A stretch of 64,000 bases of DNA. It comes from Ignavibacteriota bacterium. Its GTDB lineage: Bacteria; Bacteroidota; Ignavibacteria; UBA10030. The stretch lies in assembly GCA_963727825.1 (NCBI GenBank), contig CAVSHO010000010.1, positions 96,001 through 160,000 on the forward strand. The letters run 5' to 3'. This document shows, one piece after another, positions 42,904 through 54,214 of the stretch. A program made the translations under genes and the position numbers. How positions within the stretch are numbered: position 1 is the stretch's first letter; each line of letters opens with the position of its first letter. The notes beneath the pieces are model-generated. The model was not told the origin of the DNA. It did not search any database and worked only from the letters and a program-made list of their open reading frames with translations.

Positions 42904-43290
42904 ATGAAAAAAGGGTTAAATGACATGACCGGAAAACCGTATGATATTCAGCAACGGATTTTTTTATTCGGGTTAAGTATCATCAGATTTTCTGAACAAC
43001 TTCCCCATAGTCAAGTTGGGAAGATTTTATGCAACCAGTTGGTACGCTCAGGAACATCTATCGGTGCCAATATGGAAGAAGTGACAGCCGCCTCTAGTAA
43101 ACAAGATTTTATCTACAAAGCAACCATCTCTCTTCGTGAAGCAAGAGAAAGCAACTATTGGCTCCGGCTCATCAAAGAAAGTAGAATTGTCAGTTCACCA
43201 CAGTAAGATGAGCTAATCACAGAATCAATTGAATTGATGAAAATTCTCGGAGCTATAGTCAGCAAAGCACGCGGTAAAAGAAAGGTTTAG
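42904..43290 (+). pseudogene. four-helix-bundle protein (23S rRNA IVP/S23-like) with in-frame TAA at 43204-43206
   Basis: NQLVRSGTSIGANMEE...SKQDFIYK..ISLREARESNYWL; after TAA the same frame continues DELITESIELMKILGAIVSKARGKRKV*. Confidence 0.8.
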
Positions 43291-43338
43291 TTGTTATTAT
43301 TATTTTTCATTGTTTTATTTCTAATTATTAATTGAACT

Positions 43339-45135
43339 ATGCAAGAAGAAGAAGTTTTAGGCAAAGCATACGATGGACGTCTCATGCGGCGGCTTATCAA
43401 ATATTTAAAGCCATACCGCTGGCATGTTGCGCTTGGCATTGTACTTAGTTTGCTGGTCAGCGCTATGGAAGCAGTGCGTCCATACTTTACAAAAATTGCA
43501 GTGGATAAGAATATTGCACAGGGTGATAAACACGGTTTGCTTATAACAATACTACTCTTTCTCGCAATTATGATCGTGCGTGCATTCATCCAATATGCCA
43601 ACGCATACTTAACACAATGGATTGGACAACGCACAATTTTTGATCTTCGGATGGAAGTTTTTCAACATCTCCAAAAACTTTCGCTTACGTTCTACGACCG
43701 CAATCCGATCGGCAGACTGATCACCCGTTTAACAAATGATGTAGAAGTACTGAACGAAATGTTCTCCTCCGGCATTGTAATGGTTTTCAGCGATGTTTTT
43801 ACAATCGTGGGTATTCTATATTTTATGTTTTCAATGAACTGGAAGTTAGCATTCGTGACATTGAGTGTACTGCCGTTTCTTTTTTATGGTACATTTCTTT
43901 TCCGCAGAAAAGCTCGAGAAACATACCGCGATGTGCGCATTCAGATTGCCCGCATCAATACATTCATGCAAGAGCACATCACAGGTATGCTTGTGGACCA
44001 AATTTTCAATCGTGAAAATAAGTCATATTCAAAGTTTACGGATGTCAACGCTGCACACAGAGATGCAAATATTAGATCTATATTTTACTATGCTGTTTTT
44101 TATCCGAGTGTAGATCTCATCGGCGCAGTGGCAGTCGGATTAATTATCTGGTATGCTGGACATAATGCTTTGGAAGGAGTTGTATCAGTAGGAACAGTAA
44201 TGGCATTTGTCCAATTCAACGAGATGTTCTGGCGCCCCATCCGCGATCTTTCAGAAAAATACAACATCCTCCAGACTGCAATGGCATCTTCAGAAAGACT
44301 CTTTCAGCTGTTGGACGACAAAACAGTCCTGAACATTTCACCTACACTTCTTTCATTGAAGCATGTCCGCGGTGACATCGAATTTCGTAATGTCTATTTT
44401 ACATATAACCCTCCGGCCGATAATGAGCGGCTGCCTAATTGGATTCTAAAGAATATTTCCTTCAGTATTAAACAAGGGCAAACTGTAGCAATCGTCGGGC
44501 ATACCGGCGCCGGCAAAACGACAATCATCAACTTGCTAAGCCGGTTTTACGATATTCAGCAGGGTGAAATTCTAATTGACGACATTAATATTAAAGAAGT
44601 CAGTCCGAAAGATCTGCGCAAACACATTGCTGTTGTACTGCAAGATGTGTTTCTTTTTTCCGGCGATATCCAGAGCAACATCCATCTGGGCGATGAAACA
44701 ATTCCAATTGAACGCGTGAAGGCTGCTGCGCGTATGGTTGGCGCAAATCGATTCATTGATGCGTTGCCGAATACATATGCCGCTGAGGTAAAAGAACGCG
44801 GTGCTACACTTTCCGTCGGGCAAAAGCAATTGCTCTCATTTGCACGCGCACTCGCTTTCAACCCACGAATTCTTGTGTTGGACGAAGCAACATCGAGTGT
44901 TGATACTGAAACCGAACAATTAATTCAGCATGCAATCAAAAAGATGCTTCAAGGACGAACATCTATCGTCATCGCACACCGGCTCTCGACAATTCAAAGC
45001 GCCGATAAAATCATTGTTTTACATAAAGGCGAAATCCGAGAGATGGGCAATCATCAAGAATTACTTGCACTGAATGGTATTTATCGAAAACTTTACGAGC
45101 TTCAATACAAAGAACAAGAAATCAAATCCAATTGA
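43339..45135 (+). CDS. ABC exporter (TMD+NBD, MdlB-like)
   Basis: GHTGAGKT, LSVGQKQ, LDEATS and IAHRLST motifs; partner of the upstream ABC gene. Confidence 0.93.
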   Translation: MQEEEVLGKAYDGRLMRRLIKYLKPYRWHVALGIVLSLLVSAMEAVRPYFTKIAVDKNIAQGDKHGLLITILLFLAIMIVRAFIQYANAYLTQWIGQRTIFDLRMEVFQHLQKLSLTFYDRNPIGRLITRLTNDVEVLNEMFSSGIVMVFSDVFTIVGILYFMFSMNWKLAFVTLSVLPFLFYGTFLFRRKARETYRDVRIQIARINTFMQEHITGMLVDQIFNRENKSYSKFTDVNAAHRDANIRSIFYYAVFYPSVDLIGAVAVGLIIWYAGHNALEGVVSVGTVMAFVQFNEMFWRPIRDLSEKYNILQTAMASSERLFQLLDDKTVLNISPTLLSLKHVRGDIEFRNVYFTYNPPADNERLPNWILKNISFSIKQGQTVAIVGHTGAGKTTIINLLSRFYDIQQGEILIDDINIKEVSPKDLRKHIAVVLQDVFLFSGDIQSNIHLGDETIPIERVKAAARMVGANRFIDALPNTYAAEVKERGATLSVGQKQLLSFARALAFNPRILVLDEATSSVDTETEQLIQHAIKKMLQGRTSIVIAHRLSTIQSADKIIVLHKGEIREMGNHQELLALNGIYRKLYELQYKEQEIKSN

Positions 45136-45145
45136 GATACAAGCT

Positions 45146-45748
45146 ATGATGCAAGACTCTCATTTATCGGAGGGTACATTTGTTGTAGTGGACGTTGAGA
45201 CAACCGGTCTTAGTCCCGTAGAAGATCGGATCACCGAAATTGCAATGATGAAAGTGAAGAACGGTGTTCTATTGGATGAATTTTCAACACTGATTAATCC
45301 GCTGGTAACAATACCTGCATCAATAACTAGTTTAACTGGAATTGATAACCTGATGGTATCGGATGCACCAACCGCGAGAGAAGTAACACCGGCGATTGCA
45401 GAATTTTTAGGCAATGCAATTTTCGTGGCACACAATGCTCAATTCGATTGGGGATTTGTTTCACAAACTACGATGCGCGAACGGGGAATTGAAATTACTA
45501 ATCCGCAGTTGTGCACAGTTAAACTTAGTCGTATTATTTTACCGAGCCTGCCCAGCAAATCACTTGGCCCGGTAACCACAGCATTGAACATTACAATTCC
45601 CGAACGCCATCGCGCTTCCGGAGATGCATATGCTACTGCGCTTGTGCTTATTAAATTCATTTCTTACGTTCAACGCAAACACGATATTCATCTCGTAAGC
45701 GAGTTGCTTCGGTTTCAGAATGGGTGGTCGCCTATCTCTTCAAAATAG
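45146..45748 (+). CDS. DEDDh 3'-5' exonuclease (DNA Pol III epsilon-like)
   Basis: VVDVETTG, VAHNAQFD and HRASGDA motifs; start probably MMQDSH. Confidence 0.9.
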   Translation: MMQDSHLSEGTFVVVDVETTGLSPVEDRITEIAMMKVKNGVLLDEFSTLINPLVTIPASITSLTGIDNLMVSDAPTAREVTPAIAEFLGNAIFVAHNAQFDWGFVSQTTMRERGIEITNPQLCTVKLSRIILPSLPSKSLGPVTTALNITIPERHRASGDAYATALVLIKFISYVQRKHDIHLVSELLRFQNGWSPISSK

Positions 45749-46090
45749 TACCTCTTGTTACTCCATATTATTTGGCTGCTTATGTTCCACAGTCTTTCTT
45801 CCTCAATTGAATAATTCCTAAAATACAACCAAAGCTTTTTTAGTCAATGTTGCACCCTTATGTAATAAAAACACCATCTCATAGCCAATATTAAGTGTGT
45901 CAATTAAACATCAAGTTTTGAACTTTAACCCTCTCTTCACTCAATCTCCAATTGTAGAATCTTCATTAGTATAGATCGCAATAGCTGCGATTATACGCTG
46001 AAATCGATGATAAACCCACGGTATCCACCTTGTGCCATTTTCTGGAAGAAAGATACAAAGGAGTGAGACGAAAGTCTCAAGGAGGATACA

Positions 46091-48097
46091 ATGGAAACAG
46101 CAGCAAGCAGCATCAATATAATCCCGTTTATTCCGTCAACCGCAACCGCGGCACGATCGGCAATATCATCAAACAGGCATAATTTCCCAAATATTAATCT
46201 GTGGAATACCCCAAAGATTTTTTCATCCATTTGGGAAAATTCGAATGAAGGAATGAGATTAACAGATAGCAACGGCATTATTGTTGCCGTCAATCCTGCA
46301 TATTGCCGGCTTGTAGGAAGGACTTCTGAAGAACTTACCGGTCACATATTTACCAGTATTTACGCCGAAGCGGAAAACCGTGAGAAAATGCTGCGTACCT
46401 ATGAATCACACTTTAAAAAGCATGAAGCGGAACCTCAATATGAACGAAGATTGGTACTTTGGACAAACCACACTATCAATGTTGAAATAAATGATTCCTA
46501 TGTAGAGACAGACGATGGACGCATGTTATTACTTTCACGATTTCGTGATATTACTATCGAAAAGCTCACTCAAAATGCTCTTGCGGAAAGCGAATCAAAG
46601 TACCGCGGCCTTTTTGCAAACTCGGTAATGCCGATGTTTCAAAGCAGTGCCGAAGGGAAATTGGTAAATGCCAATCGCGCTATGCTTAAACTGCTCGGGA
46701 ACAACAATTTCTATGAGCTGGCAGACCTCGATATCGCGCGCGACGTATATTCTTATTCAGAGGAACGCAAATTAGTAATAGAGACTTTGCAAAAAAAAGG
46801 ATATGTGATTAATGCAGAATTGAAACTAAAAAGAAAAAACGGAAAGATCCTTACCGTGCTGGAAAATTCCCGTACTTTGCATGATGAAAACGGAAAAATA
46901 ATCGGTTATGAAGGTGTGTTGGAAGATATCACTGCACGCAAGGCGATGGAAAAGAAATTACAGGAATATGTCTGGGCACTGGAAAAATCCAAGAATGCAC
47001 TTGCAGAATTGAATGCGAAAAAGGATAAACTATTTTCTATCCTATCACATGATCTTCGTTCTCCATTCAGCAGTATCTTGGGATTCTGCGACATACTTTT
47101 AAAAGAAAACGATCAGCTCACAGCCGAAGATCGATTGCAATTTGTAGCATATATCCAAGAAGGAGCACAGGATCAACTTGCGCTAGTTAATAAGTTACTC
47201 GATTGGTCACGGCTAGAATCCGGACATGCTCGATTTGAACAGACAGAAATCGATTTACAGGATATCGTTAAAAAGAGTGTCAACTCTTTATTAGGACTTG
47301 CACATCAGAAACAGGTGAAACTGCAAACAACACTGCCAGCAAATGTGGCGGTGCGAGGCGATAGACACATGCTAGGTCAGGTTTTTGGGAATCTCATCGG
47401 AAATTCTCTGAAGTTCACGCCAGCAGGCGGCACAATTACTGTAGAATTGATTGAAGAAAAAAGCGATAAGTGGGTAATCGGAGTTCGCGACACGGGTATT
47501 GGCATACCTGAAGGAGACGTACACAAGCTATTCAAGATCGAAGAGAAATATACACGTAAAGGAATACAGGGTGAAAAAGGAACAGGACTTGGTCTGCCGG
47601 TTGTTCACGAAATTGTTTTGAAACATAATGGCACGATTGAAGTGCAAGGTAATCCTGGAACCGGTACACTTTTCCTTGTCACTCTTCCTAAAAGTAGGCT
47701 GGATAAAAATGAGAACGTTCTAGTAGTCGATGACGAAAATGGGATGCGAATGCTGCATACACGGTATATTAAACGAGTGCTTCCGGATGTGAATGTATTG
47801 CATGCAACGGATGGTGCGGGAGCGTTACAACTGGCACATGAATTCAATCTAAAAGTGATTATTTCTGATAACGATATGCCAGACATCAATGGCGAAGAGC
47901 TTGTACGTAACTTGAAATCAGATCCGTTGACCGCCAATATTCCAATCATCATCATCACCGGACAGGATTCAGATGCAAATCGCGAAGCACTTAAGCAGTA
48001 TGGCGCAACTGAGGTTCTGACGAAACCAATCGCGCCGGAACAACTTGCTGAAATCTTAAATAATATTGAAGCTGGTGAGGTTACTATAGCCGTTTAA
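46091..48097 (+). CDS. cytoplasmic hybrid histidine kinase (PAS-PAS-HisKA-HATPase-REC)
   Basis: Two PAS domains (VNPAYCRLVG; ANRAMLKLLG..EDITARK), SHDLRSP, NSLKFT, GTGLGL, C-terminal receiver; RBS AAGGAGG. Confidence 0.93.
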   Translation: METAASSINIIPFIPSTATAARSAISSNRHNFPNINLWNTPKIFSSIWENSNEGMRLTDSNGIIVAVNPAYCRLVGRTSEELTGHIFTSIYAEAENREKMLRTYESHFKKHEAEPQYERRLVLWTNHTINVEINDSYVETDDGRMLLLSRFRDITIEKLTQNALAESESKYRGLFANSVMPMFQSSAEGKLVNANRAMLKLLGNNNFYELADLDIARDVYSYSEERKLVIETLQKKGYVINAELKLKRKNGKILTVLENSRTLHDENGKIIGYEGVLEDITARKAMEKKLQEYVWALEKSKNALAELNAKKDKLFSILSHDLRSPFSSILGFCDILLKENDQLTAEDRLQFVAYIQEGAQDQLALVNKLLDWSRLESGHARFEQTEIDLQDIVKKSVNSLLGLAHQKQVKLQTTLPANVAVRGDRHMLGQVFGNLIGNSLKFTPAGGTITVELIEEKSDKWVIGVRDTGIGIPEGDVHKLFKIEEKYTRKGIQGEKGTGLGLPVVHEIVLKHNGTIEVQGNPGTGTLFLVTLPKSRLDKNENVLVVDDENGMRMLHTRYIKRVLPDVNVLHATDGAGALQLAHEFNLKVIISDNDMPDINGEELVRNLKSDPLTANIPIIIITGQDSDANREALKQYGATEVLTKPIAPEQLAEILNNIEAGEVTIAV

Positions 48098-48351
48098 CTA
48101 ATATAAATCTTCCTCTCAGGCCTTTCCACGGATGCCTCATCAAGAGCAATCTTGAACCGTGGAAAGGCTCCTCCTTAAATATTTGACAAATAATTACAAA
48201 TTATTGTGTTTATGCGATTCAGATCTATGAAATATGGTTTGCTGGGCTATTTGAACTAAAAATGAATTTTCTAACCGGCGGCTTTTTAAAAGCCTCTCTT
48301 CCGCATTTTGAGAACTACTGCTACCCTTAGGCGTAAGAAAACAATTTACAT

Positions 48352-49050
48352 TTACTGAAGAAGATTTATTGCTGGAAGAAACCAAGCATAAAGTGCCCAG
48401 AGGGAGAAACCGACAGAGAGGGGAATTGAAAGGTTGTCATCAACTTTAATTGGAAGCGCTTCAACGACAGTGCCGATTGCCGCTGCAATAAAGCCGATTA
48501 TGTATTCTATCGGTAGTTGATCAATCTTTGGCGCGACTAGAATCACGAGTACAGCGGAAACAAAAAAAGCTGACGATCCTTCAAGACTTTTAGCAAGGAA
48601 ACGATGTTTGCCGAATCGCCTGCCAATAAGTGCCGAAGTTGTATCAGAGATTATGAGAATAGTAAAGGCGTTAATTGCGATGACTTTGGGAAATAATATT
48701 ACACATAAAAGTGCCGAGATAAGCACATTCGAAGCACCGCTTAATCTTTTTTTGTTGATATCGGTTTCATGCCGCCGCAGAAGCCAGCCAAACCATTTAT
48801 AAAACCATCGGGCAACAGTTGGGATATAATATCGCCCTATATCAATAATTATGCATACCGCTGTAATTGGGACAAGCAGATAAATTGCTGATCGCTTAGA
48901 GATAAAAAAATAAACAGTTGGGATTGAAAGAGAAAAAAGATGAATTGCTTTCCGAACCAACTCATGCTTGTATTCGATAGTTGCAGTATGATCAAGATGC
49001 CTTAACTCACTACCGCTCAAATTTAATTTCTCGTTACCGGTGTGAAGCAC
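48352..49050 (-). CDS. dolichol/phytol kinase-like (cytidylyltransferase family) membrane protein
   Basis: [29 protein letters not shown] and DDNLSIP motifs; GTG at 49050 overlaps the TAG of the corrected ftsH frame. Confidence 0.8.
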   Translation of the reverse strand: MLHTGNEKLNLSGSELRHLDHTATIEYKHELVRKAIHLFSLSIPTVYFFISKRSAIYLLVPITAVCIIIDIGRYYIPTVARWFYKWFGWLLRRHETDINKKRLSGASNVLISALLCVILFPKVIAINAFTILIISDTTSALIGRRFGKHRFLAKSLEGSSAFFVSAVLVILVAPKIDQLPIEYIIGFIAAAIGTVVEALPIKVDDNLSIPLSVGFSLWALYAWFLPAINLLQ

Positions 49051-51198
49051 TATGATTTCTTCTCTTCGCTTATCGGCGGTTGAGGAGGCACAGTCACCTG
49101 TGCTTGTGGCGGTTTCGCTTCCGGTACCTTCAGCTGGAGATGATATTATATGATTCACATGTTTGTCAACAGGCGGCAATTCCTCTCCGCGAATAATTTT
49201 ATCTATTTCCTCGGAATCAAGGATTTCGCGCTCAAGCAACGCATTTGCCAGACGATGAAGAATCTTTGCATTTTCTTTTAGAATTTTATCAGCCCGCTTC
49301 ATTGCCCGCGTTACAATTAACCGCACTTCAGCATCGATAGCAATTGCCGTGTTTTCACTGAAGTTACGAGTTTTCGTAACTTCACGTCCTAAAAAGAGTT
49401 CTTCTTCTTTTGCTCCGTAAGCAAGTGGGCCAAGTTTATCGCTCATGCCCCATTCACATACCATTTTACGCGCAAGTTCGGTAGCGCGTTCAATGTCGTT
49501 ACCGGCTCCCGTAGTAAATTGGTCGAAGACTAACTTTTCTGCCGCGCGCCCGCCAAGAGCATAAGTGATCATTGCTTCAAGATATTCGCGTGAGTATGTA
49601 TGCTTCTCGTCGATTGGTAAATACGTTGTAACTCCTAGTGCACGCCCGCGTGGTATAATTGTCACCTTATGGACAGGATCGGCTTCAGGCAAACACCGAG
49701 CAACCAACACGTGACCTGATTCATGATACGAAGTCACTTTCTTTTCTTTGTCGGAAATAAGCATACTTTTCCGCTCAGTTCCCATCATCACTTTATCTTT
49801 AGCTTCTTCAAAGTGATGCATCGTCACGGCTTTACTGTTCTGTCGTGCAGCAAGCAATGCAGCTTCATTCACAAGATTGGCAATATCGGCACCAGATAAA
49901 CCCGGTGTTCCTTTTGCCAGAACATCCAATCGAACATCTCCATCGAGCGGAATATTTTTCGTATGCACACGGAAAATTCCCTCGCGACCTTTCACATCTG
50001 GCCGATCAACAACTATCTGTCGATCAAATCGACCAGGTCGCAATAGCGCAGGATCAAGAACGTCCGGACGATTTGTTGCTGCAATAATTATAACACCTGT
50101 GTTTTGTTCGAAGCCATCCATCTCTACCAATAATTGGTTAAGTGTCTGCTCGCGCTCGTCGTGCCCGCCGCCAATTCCGGCACCGCGATGCCTGCCCACC
50201 GCATCGATCTCATCGATAAAGATTATGCAGGGAGCGCTTCTTTTCCCTTGCTCAAATAAATCTCTCACGCGGCTTGCACCTACGCCAACGAACATTTCCA
50301 CAAAGTCTGCACCACTGATAGAGAAGAACGGAACGCCTGCTTCTCCTGCGACGGCGCGTGCAAGTAATGTTTTGCCAGTACCTGGAGGTCCAAGTAACAA
50401 CACACCTTTAGGAATTTTCCCGCCTAACCGTTGAAATTTCGCTGGCTCGCGCAGAAACTCAATAATCTCCTGTAATTCTAATTTAGCTTCATCCGCACCT
50501 GCAACATCAGTGAATGTCACCTGCATTAATCCTTCTGTCAACAGTTTTGCGCGGCTCTTTCCAAACGAGAACAATCCTTTCGCTCCTCCCGCTCCTCCGC
50601 CCGCACCGGCTTGCATCCTCCGGAAAATGAACAACCAAACTCCAATAAGTATAATCCATGGAAGAATACTGATCGCGGCATTCATCCATGTATTGTCTTC
50701 CTTTTCAACTCGGAACTTCAGACCTTTTGTCGTCCATGACGTTACGAGTGCATCATCAAGATTCGTGTATGGAAGTGTCAGTGTAATACGTGTTGCATTG
50801 CGTGCAGTCTTGCCGCTGGCCGTTTGAATATCTATCGGTTCTTTGAGTTTTCCATGAAAATCAAAGACGGCATACCCGCTAATCTTCACTGATGCATCGC
50901 TGAATTTTTGATCGTTCAGTAATTGTTGAAATGTTGTAAAGTTTATTTCGTACTCTGTTTCTTCATTTGTACGAAACATCCACATGAAAAAAATTACTGC
51001 AAGAATAATTGCGACCCAGCTCAATATGACTTTTCCAAATTTTGCCCACGGTGACATCTCTTCTCGTTGCTGTTTCATCTGCCGTTTTGGAAAGAGTTGA
51101 GGTGTTGTACGTTTTTTCTGAGGTGCGTTCTGATTCTTCTTTTCTTTGTTTTCGTCTTGCATATCGTTTTTCATTTCAAACTCCAATTTCGGGCTCAC
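49050..51198 (-). CDS. ftsH: ATP-dependent zinc metalloprotease FtsH; apparent +1 frameshift near 49127
   Basis: Two TMs, [23 protein letters not shown]. The corrected tail reads [29 protein letters not shown]. Start may be ATG 51174. Confidence 0.92.
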
Positions 51199-51200
51199 AC

Positions 51201-51764
51201 TTACTCTGGCTTAATGATTCCTTTTGGAGCAAGCCTATAAATTGACTTCAAGTTACGAACTTTTTGCGCGTAGTCCAAGCCATAGCCGATTACGAAATCT
51301 GGTGGAATCTCGAATCCAACATAATCAACCGGAAAGTCGATTTTCGGCACACCTTTCTTTAATAAGAGGGAAACGAGCTTAAGTGACTTCGGCTTTTCTT
51401 TTTCAATGATGTTCTTAATGAAGGCAATAGATAATCCAGAATCGACAATGTCCTCCACAACAAGTATATCACGCCCAGCAACCTCGCAATTCAAATTTTT
51501 TAATAGTTTCACTTGTCCAGAAGAAATTTTGGCATCGCCATAGCTGGATAGCTTAAAGAAATCCATTTCGCAATCGACGCTGACCTCTCGAATAAGATCG
51601 GCAAGAAAAATGAACGAACCGTTCAACACACCAATGAAGATAGGTGTCTTTCCTGCATAGTCGGCATTAATGCACACTGCAAGTTCTTTTATGCGTTTCC
51701 GTATTTGCTCTTCAGTGATGAAAAGTTCAAATGTATCGCCATTGATTTTAATAAATTCATCCAT
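51201..51764 (-). CDS. hpt: hypoxanthine phosphoribosyltransferase
   Basis: [17 protein letters not shown] and FVIGYGLD motifs; tilS-hpt-ftsH synteny. Confidence 0.95.
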   Translation of the reverse strand: MDEFIKINGDTFELFITEEQIRKRIKELAVCINADYAGKTPIFIGVLNGSFIFLADLIREVSVDCEMDFFKLSSYGDAKISSGQVKLLKNLNCEVAGRDILVVEDIVDSGLSIAFIKNIIEKEKPKSLKLVSLLLKKGVPKIDFPVDYVGFEIPPDFVIGYGLDYAQKVRNLKSIYRLAPKGIIKPE

Positions 51765-53148
51765 GGTAAGCTCTTGTTGATGGTTGACAGGTAAGCCGAA
51801 TTGCTGTTTGCGTTCGATCAGTCAATTTGAATCTATCATCTAACCGTTTACCGCAAATCCATACGATAGTGCCATCGGATTCCAAAACGGGAATGGAGGA
51901 TTTTTGATATCGCGGTACTTTTTGGTCGGTAAAGAAATCACTCAATTTCTTTTTCGTTTTCATCCCGAGCGGAATAAACCAATCACCGGCTTGCCACGGC
52001 CTAAGGATAAGTTGTTTACCTAATCGTTCGGCATCGATGTATTCCACTTCGTGTGTCCCGGCATATGTGGAAGGTACGTTTTCCGGCGAGCTGATTGAAA
52101 CAAGATAATCTTTATAGTCGTAGCTTTTACCGAATTCAACTTGCCTGATATTTGGCTGTTCATTGTCATTGACTTTGATAACGATATAATTTCGATCGCG
52201 GTATGCTGCCCATTTACTATTTAATTCCACAATTCGGCCTGTTGGCTGAGTGCAGAGCCGGTGCAGCGCATCAACTTTCTTTTCTGTCGGTTCAATTTTC
52301 ATCTGATTAAGAAGTTGAACAAAAATTTCATCCCATAGAAAATCCGGTTCCGATTTCAGTTTTTTTACACTCAACTTTAAGTAGTTTTGTGTATCTATCT
52401 GGATGACAGAATGAAATGTCCTATCAACAATCTTCCGCATTTTTTTGTTCACGTCTTGCATTATTTCAGCAATATGATTTAAAGTATGGATAATGCTAGG
52501 ATTATTTTCTTGCAGCACCGGAAGAATGTTGTGCCGCAGTTCATTCCTTCGATATGCAAGTGAAAGATTTGACGAATCGTTCCGAAATTTGATCCCCTGC
52601 TCTGCCGCATATGTGCTAATCTCTTTTCGTGTTGCAAATAGTAGCGGACGAATAATACATCCCAATTCGCGCTTCGGTGGAATTCCAGCTAAACCATGAA
52701 TACCTGTTCCTCGCACAATGTTGAGAAGTACTGTTTCGGCATTATCATCTGCATGATGCGCGGTTGCCACTGTATCTGCATTAATCTTCAATCTAACTTG
52801 TTCAAAACAATCATATCGGAGCATACGTGCAGCAAGTTGTTTTGAAAGTTTATGATCGTGGGCATACGACATCACATTGATTCGCTCACAATAGAATGGA
52901 ATGTGATAGAAATCCGACATCTCTTTAACAAATTTTTCATCATCCATCGATTCTTTGCCGCGCAATTGGTGATTGATGTGAATAACTGAAAGACGCAGTT
53001 TCATTTGCTCACGCAATTTTGAGAACAGATGAAGCATAACCATCGAATCAATGCCGCCGCTTATCGCAAGAAGTATGGATTGCCCTGACGACACCAACTT
53101 TTGGCGTTGAATAAACCTTACAAGCTTTGTTTCAAATGAATTCATCAT
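51757..53148 (-). CDS. tilS: tRNA(Ile)-lysidine synthetase
   Basis: SGGIDS PP-loop, HINHQLR, TAHHADDNAET, IRPLL, DSSN..RNELR. Confidence 0.95.
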   Translation of the reverse strand: MMNSFETKLVRFIQRQKLVSSGQSILLAISGGIDSMVMLHLFSKLREQMKLRLSVIHINHQLRGKESMDDEKFVKEMSDFYHIPFYCERINVMSYAHDHKLSKQLAARMLRYDCFEQVRLKINADTVATAHHADDNAETVLLNIVRGTGIHGLAGIPPKRELGCIIRPLLFATRKEISTYAAEQGIKFRNDSSNLSLAYRRNELRHNILPVLQENNPSIIHTLNHIAEIMQDVNKKMRKIVDRTFHSVIQIDTQNYLKLSVKKLKSEPDFLWDEIFVQLLNQMKIEPTEKKVDALHRLCTQPTGRIVELNSKWAAYRDRNYIVIKVNDNEQPNIRQVEFGKSYDYKDYLVSISSPENVPSTYAGTHEVEYIDAERLGKQLILRPWQAGDWFIPLGMKTKKKLSDFFTDQKVPRYQKSSIPVLESDGTIVWICGKRLDDRFKLTDRTQTAIRLTCQPSTRAYHG

Positions 53149-53179
53149 ATACGAGAACCAAGTCAGGCAATACTGGCTT

Positions 53180-53210
53180 AAAAAAAAACTTGACTTAAAT
53201 TCAAGTCAAG
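53180..53210 (-). terminator. hairpin plus U-tract downstream of the TAC operon
   Basis: Minus strand CTTGACTT-gaattt-AAGTCAAG followed by nine Ts. Confidence 0.55.
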
Positions 53211-53379
53211 ATGAGGCTGTTACGCTTTTAAGATACTGGTTTTTGGAAGGAAAGACAAGACGATGGAATGACTATGGGTGCAAGGTTTTTGAATATCGAG
53301 GTAAATAAAGATTAGGAAGAAATCTCTTTATTTTGTTGAATCAATAGTAGAGCGCCGTGGTTCTCTGCATACTCAAGAA

Positions 53380-53850
53380 TTATTTCCCCTTTTTTCTCTT
53401 CTTCTGCACTACGGCTTGAGAGGAATATTTTTTTTCAAGAAGCTCGATAAAATTGACAGTTGGCAGGAGAAATTTTCCATGCAATGATGTTCCCGTTGCT
53501 TGCCCTACAATTCCACGCGCAATCGCATAGGTCATTGCAAGACCGTTCGGGCCAAGCAAGGTAGATATTTTGTCTTCTGAAATCGACTTGTCAAATTCAA
53601 CAAAGGCCTGCAAGGCAATTCTTATACGATATGGTGCTCGTTTGAATGCTTCTTCGGAAGAATTGATATCAACTTGTAAATCGATTCGAAACACCGGTTC
53701 AAGTTCTTGCTTCTTGAAATCAAAGTTGATTCCAATTTGTCCTTCATAAGGTTTGTTCTTGGAGCCATCGAATTCTGTGTTTGCCTGGAGATGCAGACCC
53801 AGCAAAACATAATCTCTAAGCTGCATTGGGGAGATTGGATTCATATTCAT
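53380..53850 (-). CDS. SecB-like chaperone of a TAC module
   Basis: C-terminal PNGLAMTYAIARGIVGQAT...FLLPTVNF matches the SecB-fold pattern; overlaps the antitoxin 3' end. Confidence 0.78.
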   Translation of the reverse strand: MNMNPISPMQLRDYVLLGLHLQANTEFDGSKNKPYEGQIGINFDFKKQELEPVFRIDLQVDINSSEEAFKRAPYRIRIALQAFVEFDKSISEDKISTLLGPNGLAMTYAIARGIVGQATGTSLHGKFLLPTVNFIELLEKKYSSQAVVQKKRKKGK

Positions 53851-54205
53851 CCTTCAATGAAACAGAAGTATTGAAACCTTCATTGTTAATATGCCTATAG
53901 GAAAAATGATAGAACCGTTGAACATCTGCATTCCGCGGTTTGAGTGCAATATCGAGTTCCTTTCCCAGAGCCAATGCAACCTCAAGAAGTTTTTTCAATG
54001 TCAGATTCTCGGTGCCATTCAACAGTTTCGTAATATAGGCATTCGAACAATTCAACTGTTTGGCAAGCTGTGTCCGTGTGAACTTCTTTCTTTCCATTTC
54101 CCCGACAAGTTGTTCATTGATATCAATGAGCAGCCCTTCCAGAATGTATTCGGGATCGTCCTTATACTGTTCAGCAAGTTTCCGATATCGGTCGATAAGT
54201 GCCAT
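53816..54205 (-). CDS. XRE-family HTH antitoxin (HigA-like) with C-terminal extension
   Basis: TRTQLAKQLNCSNAYITKLLNGTENLTLKKL HTH followed by a ~35-aa tail ending in ..PNAA. Confidence 0.82.
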   Translation of the reverse strand: MALIDRYRKLAEQYKDDPEYILEGLLIDINEQLVGEMERKKFTRTQLAKQLNCSNAYITKLLNGTENLTLKKLLEVALALGKELDIALKPRNADVQRFYHFSYRHINNEGFNTSVSLKDEYESNLPNAA

Positions 54206-54214
54206 GGCTGTGCC

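Noticed and set aside
42904-43290. DGR accessory gene (Avd), or stop-codon recoding
   Set aside because: No reverse transcriptase or TR/VR pair is visible in the window, and TAA terminates many intact genes here.
45960-46090. Riboswitch upstream of the PAS kinase (tgagac-gaaa-gtctca hairpin next to the SD)
   Set aside because: Only isolated hairpins; I could not match a known aptamer consensus. An Rfam scan would be needed.
48352-51198. 948-aa FtsH-lipid kinase fusion in the ORF track
   Set aside because: Removing one base near 49127 gives a natural Pro-rich FtsH tail ending in TAG that overlaps the GTG of the next gene (TAGTG). With five other indels in the window, an artefact is more likely. 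Read mapping would settle it.
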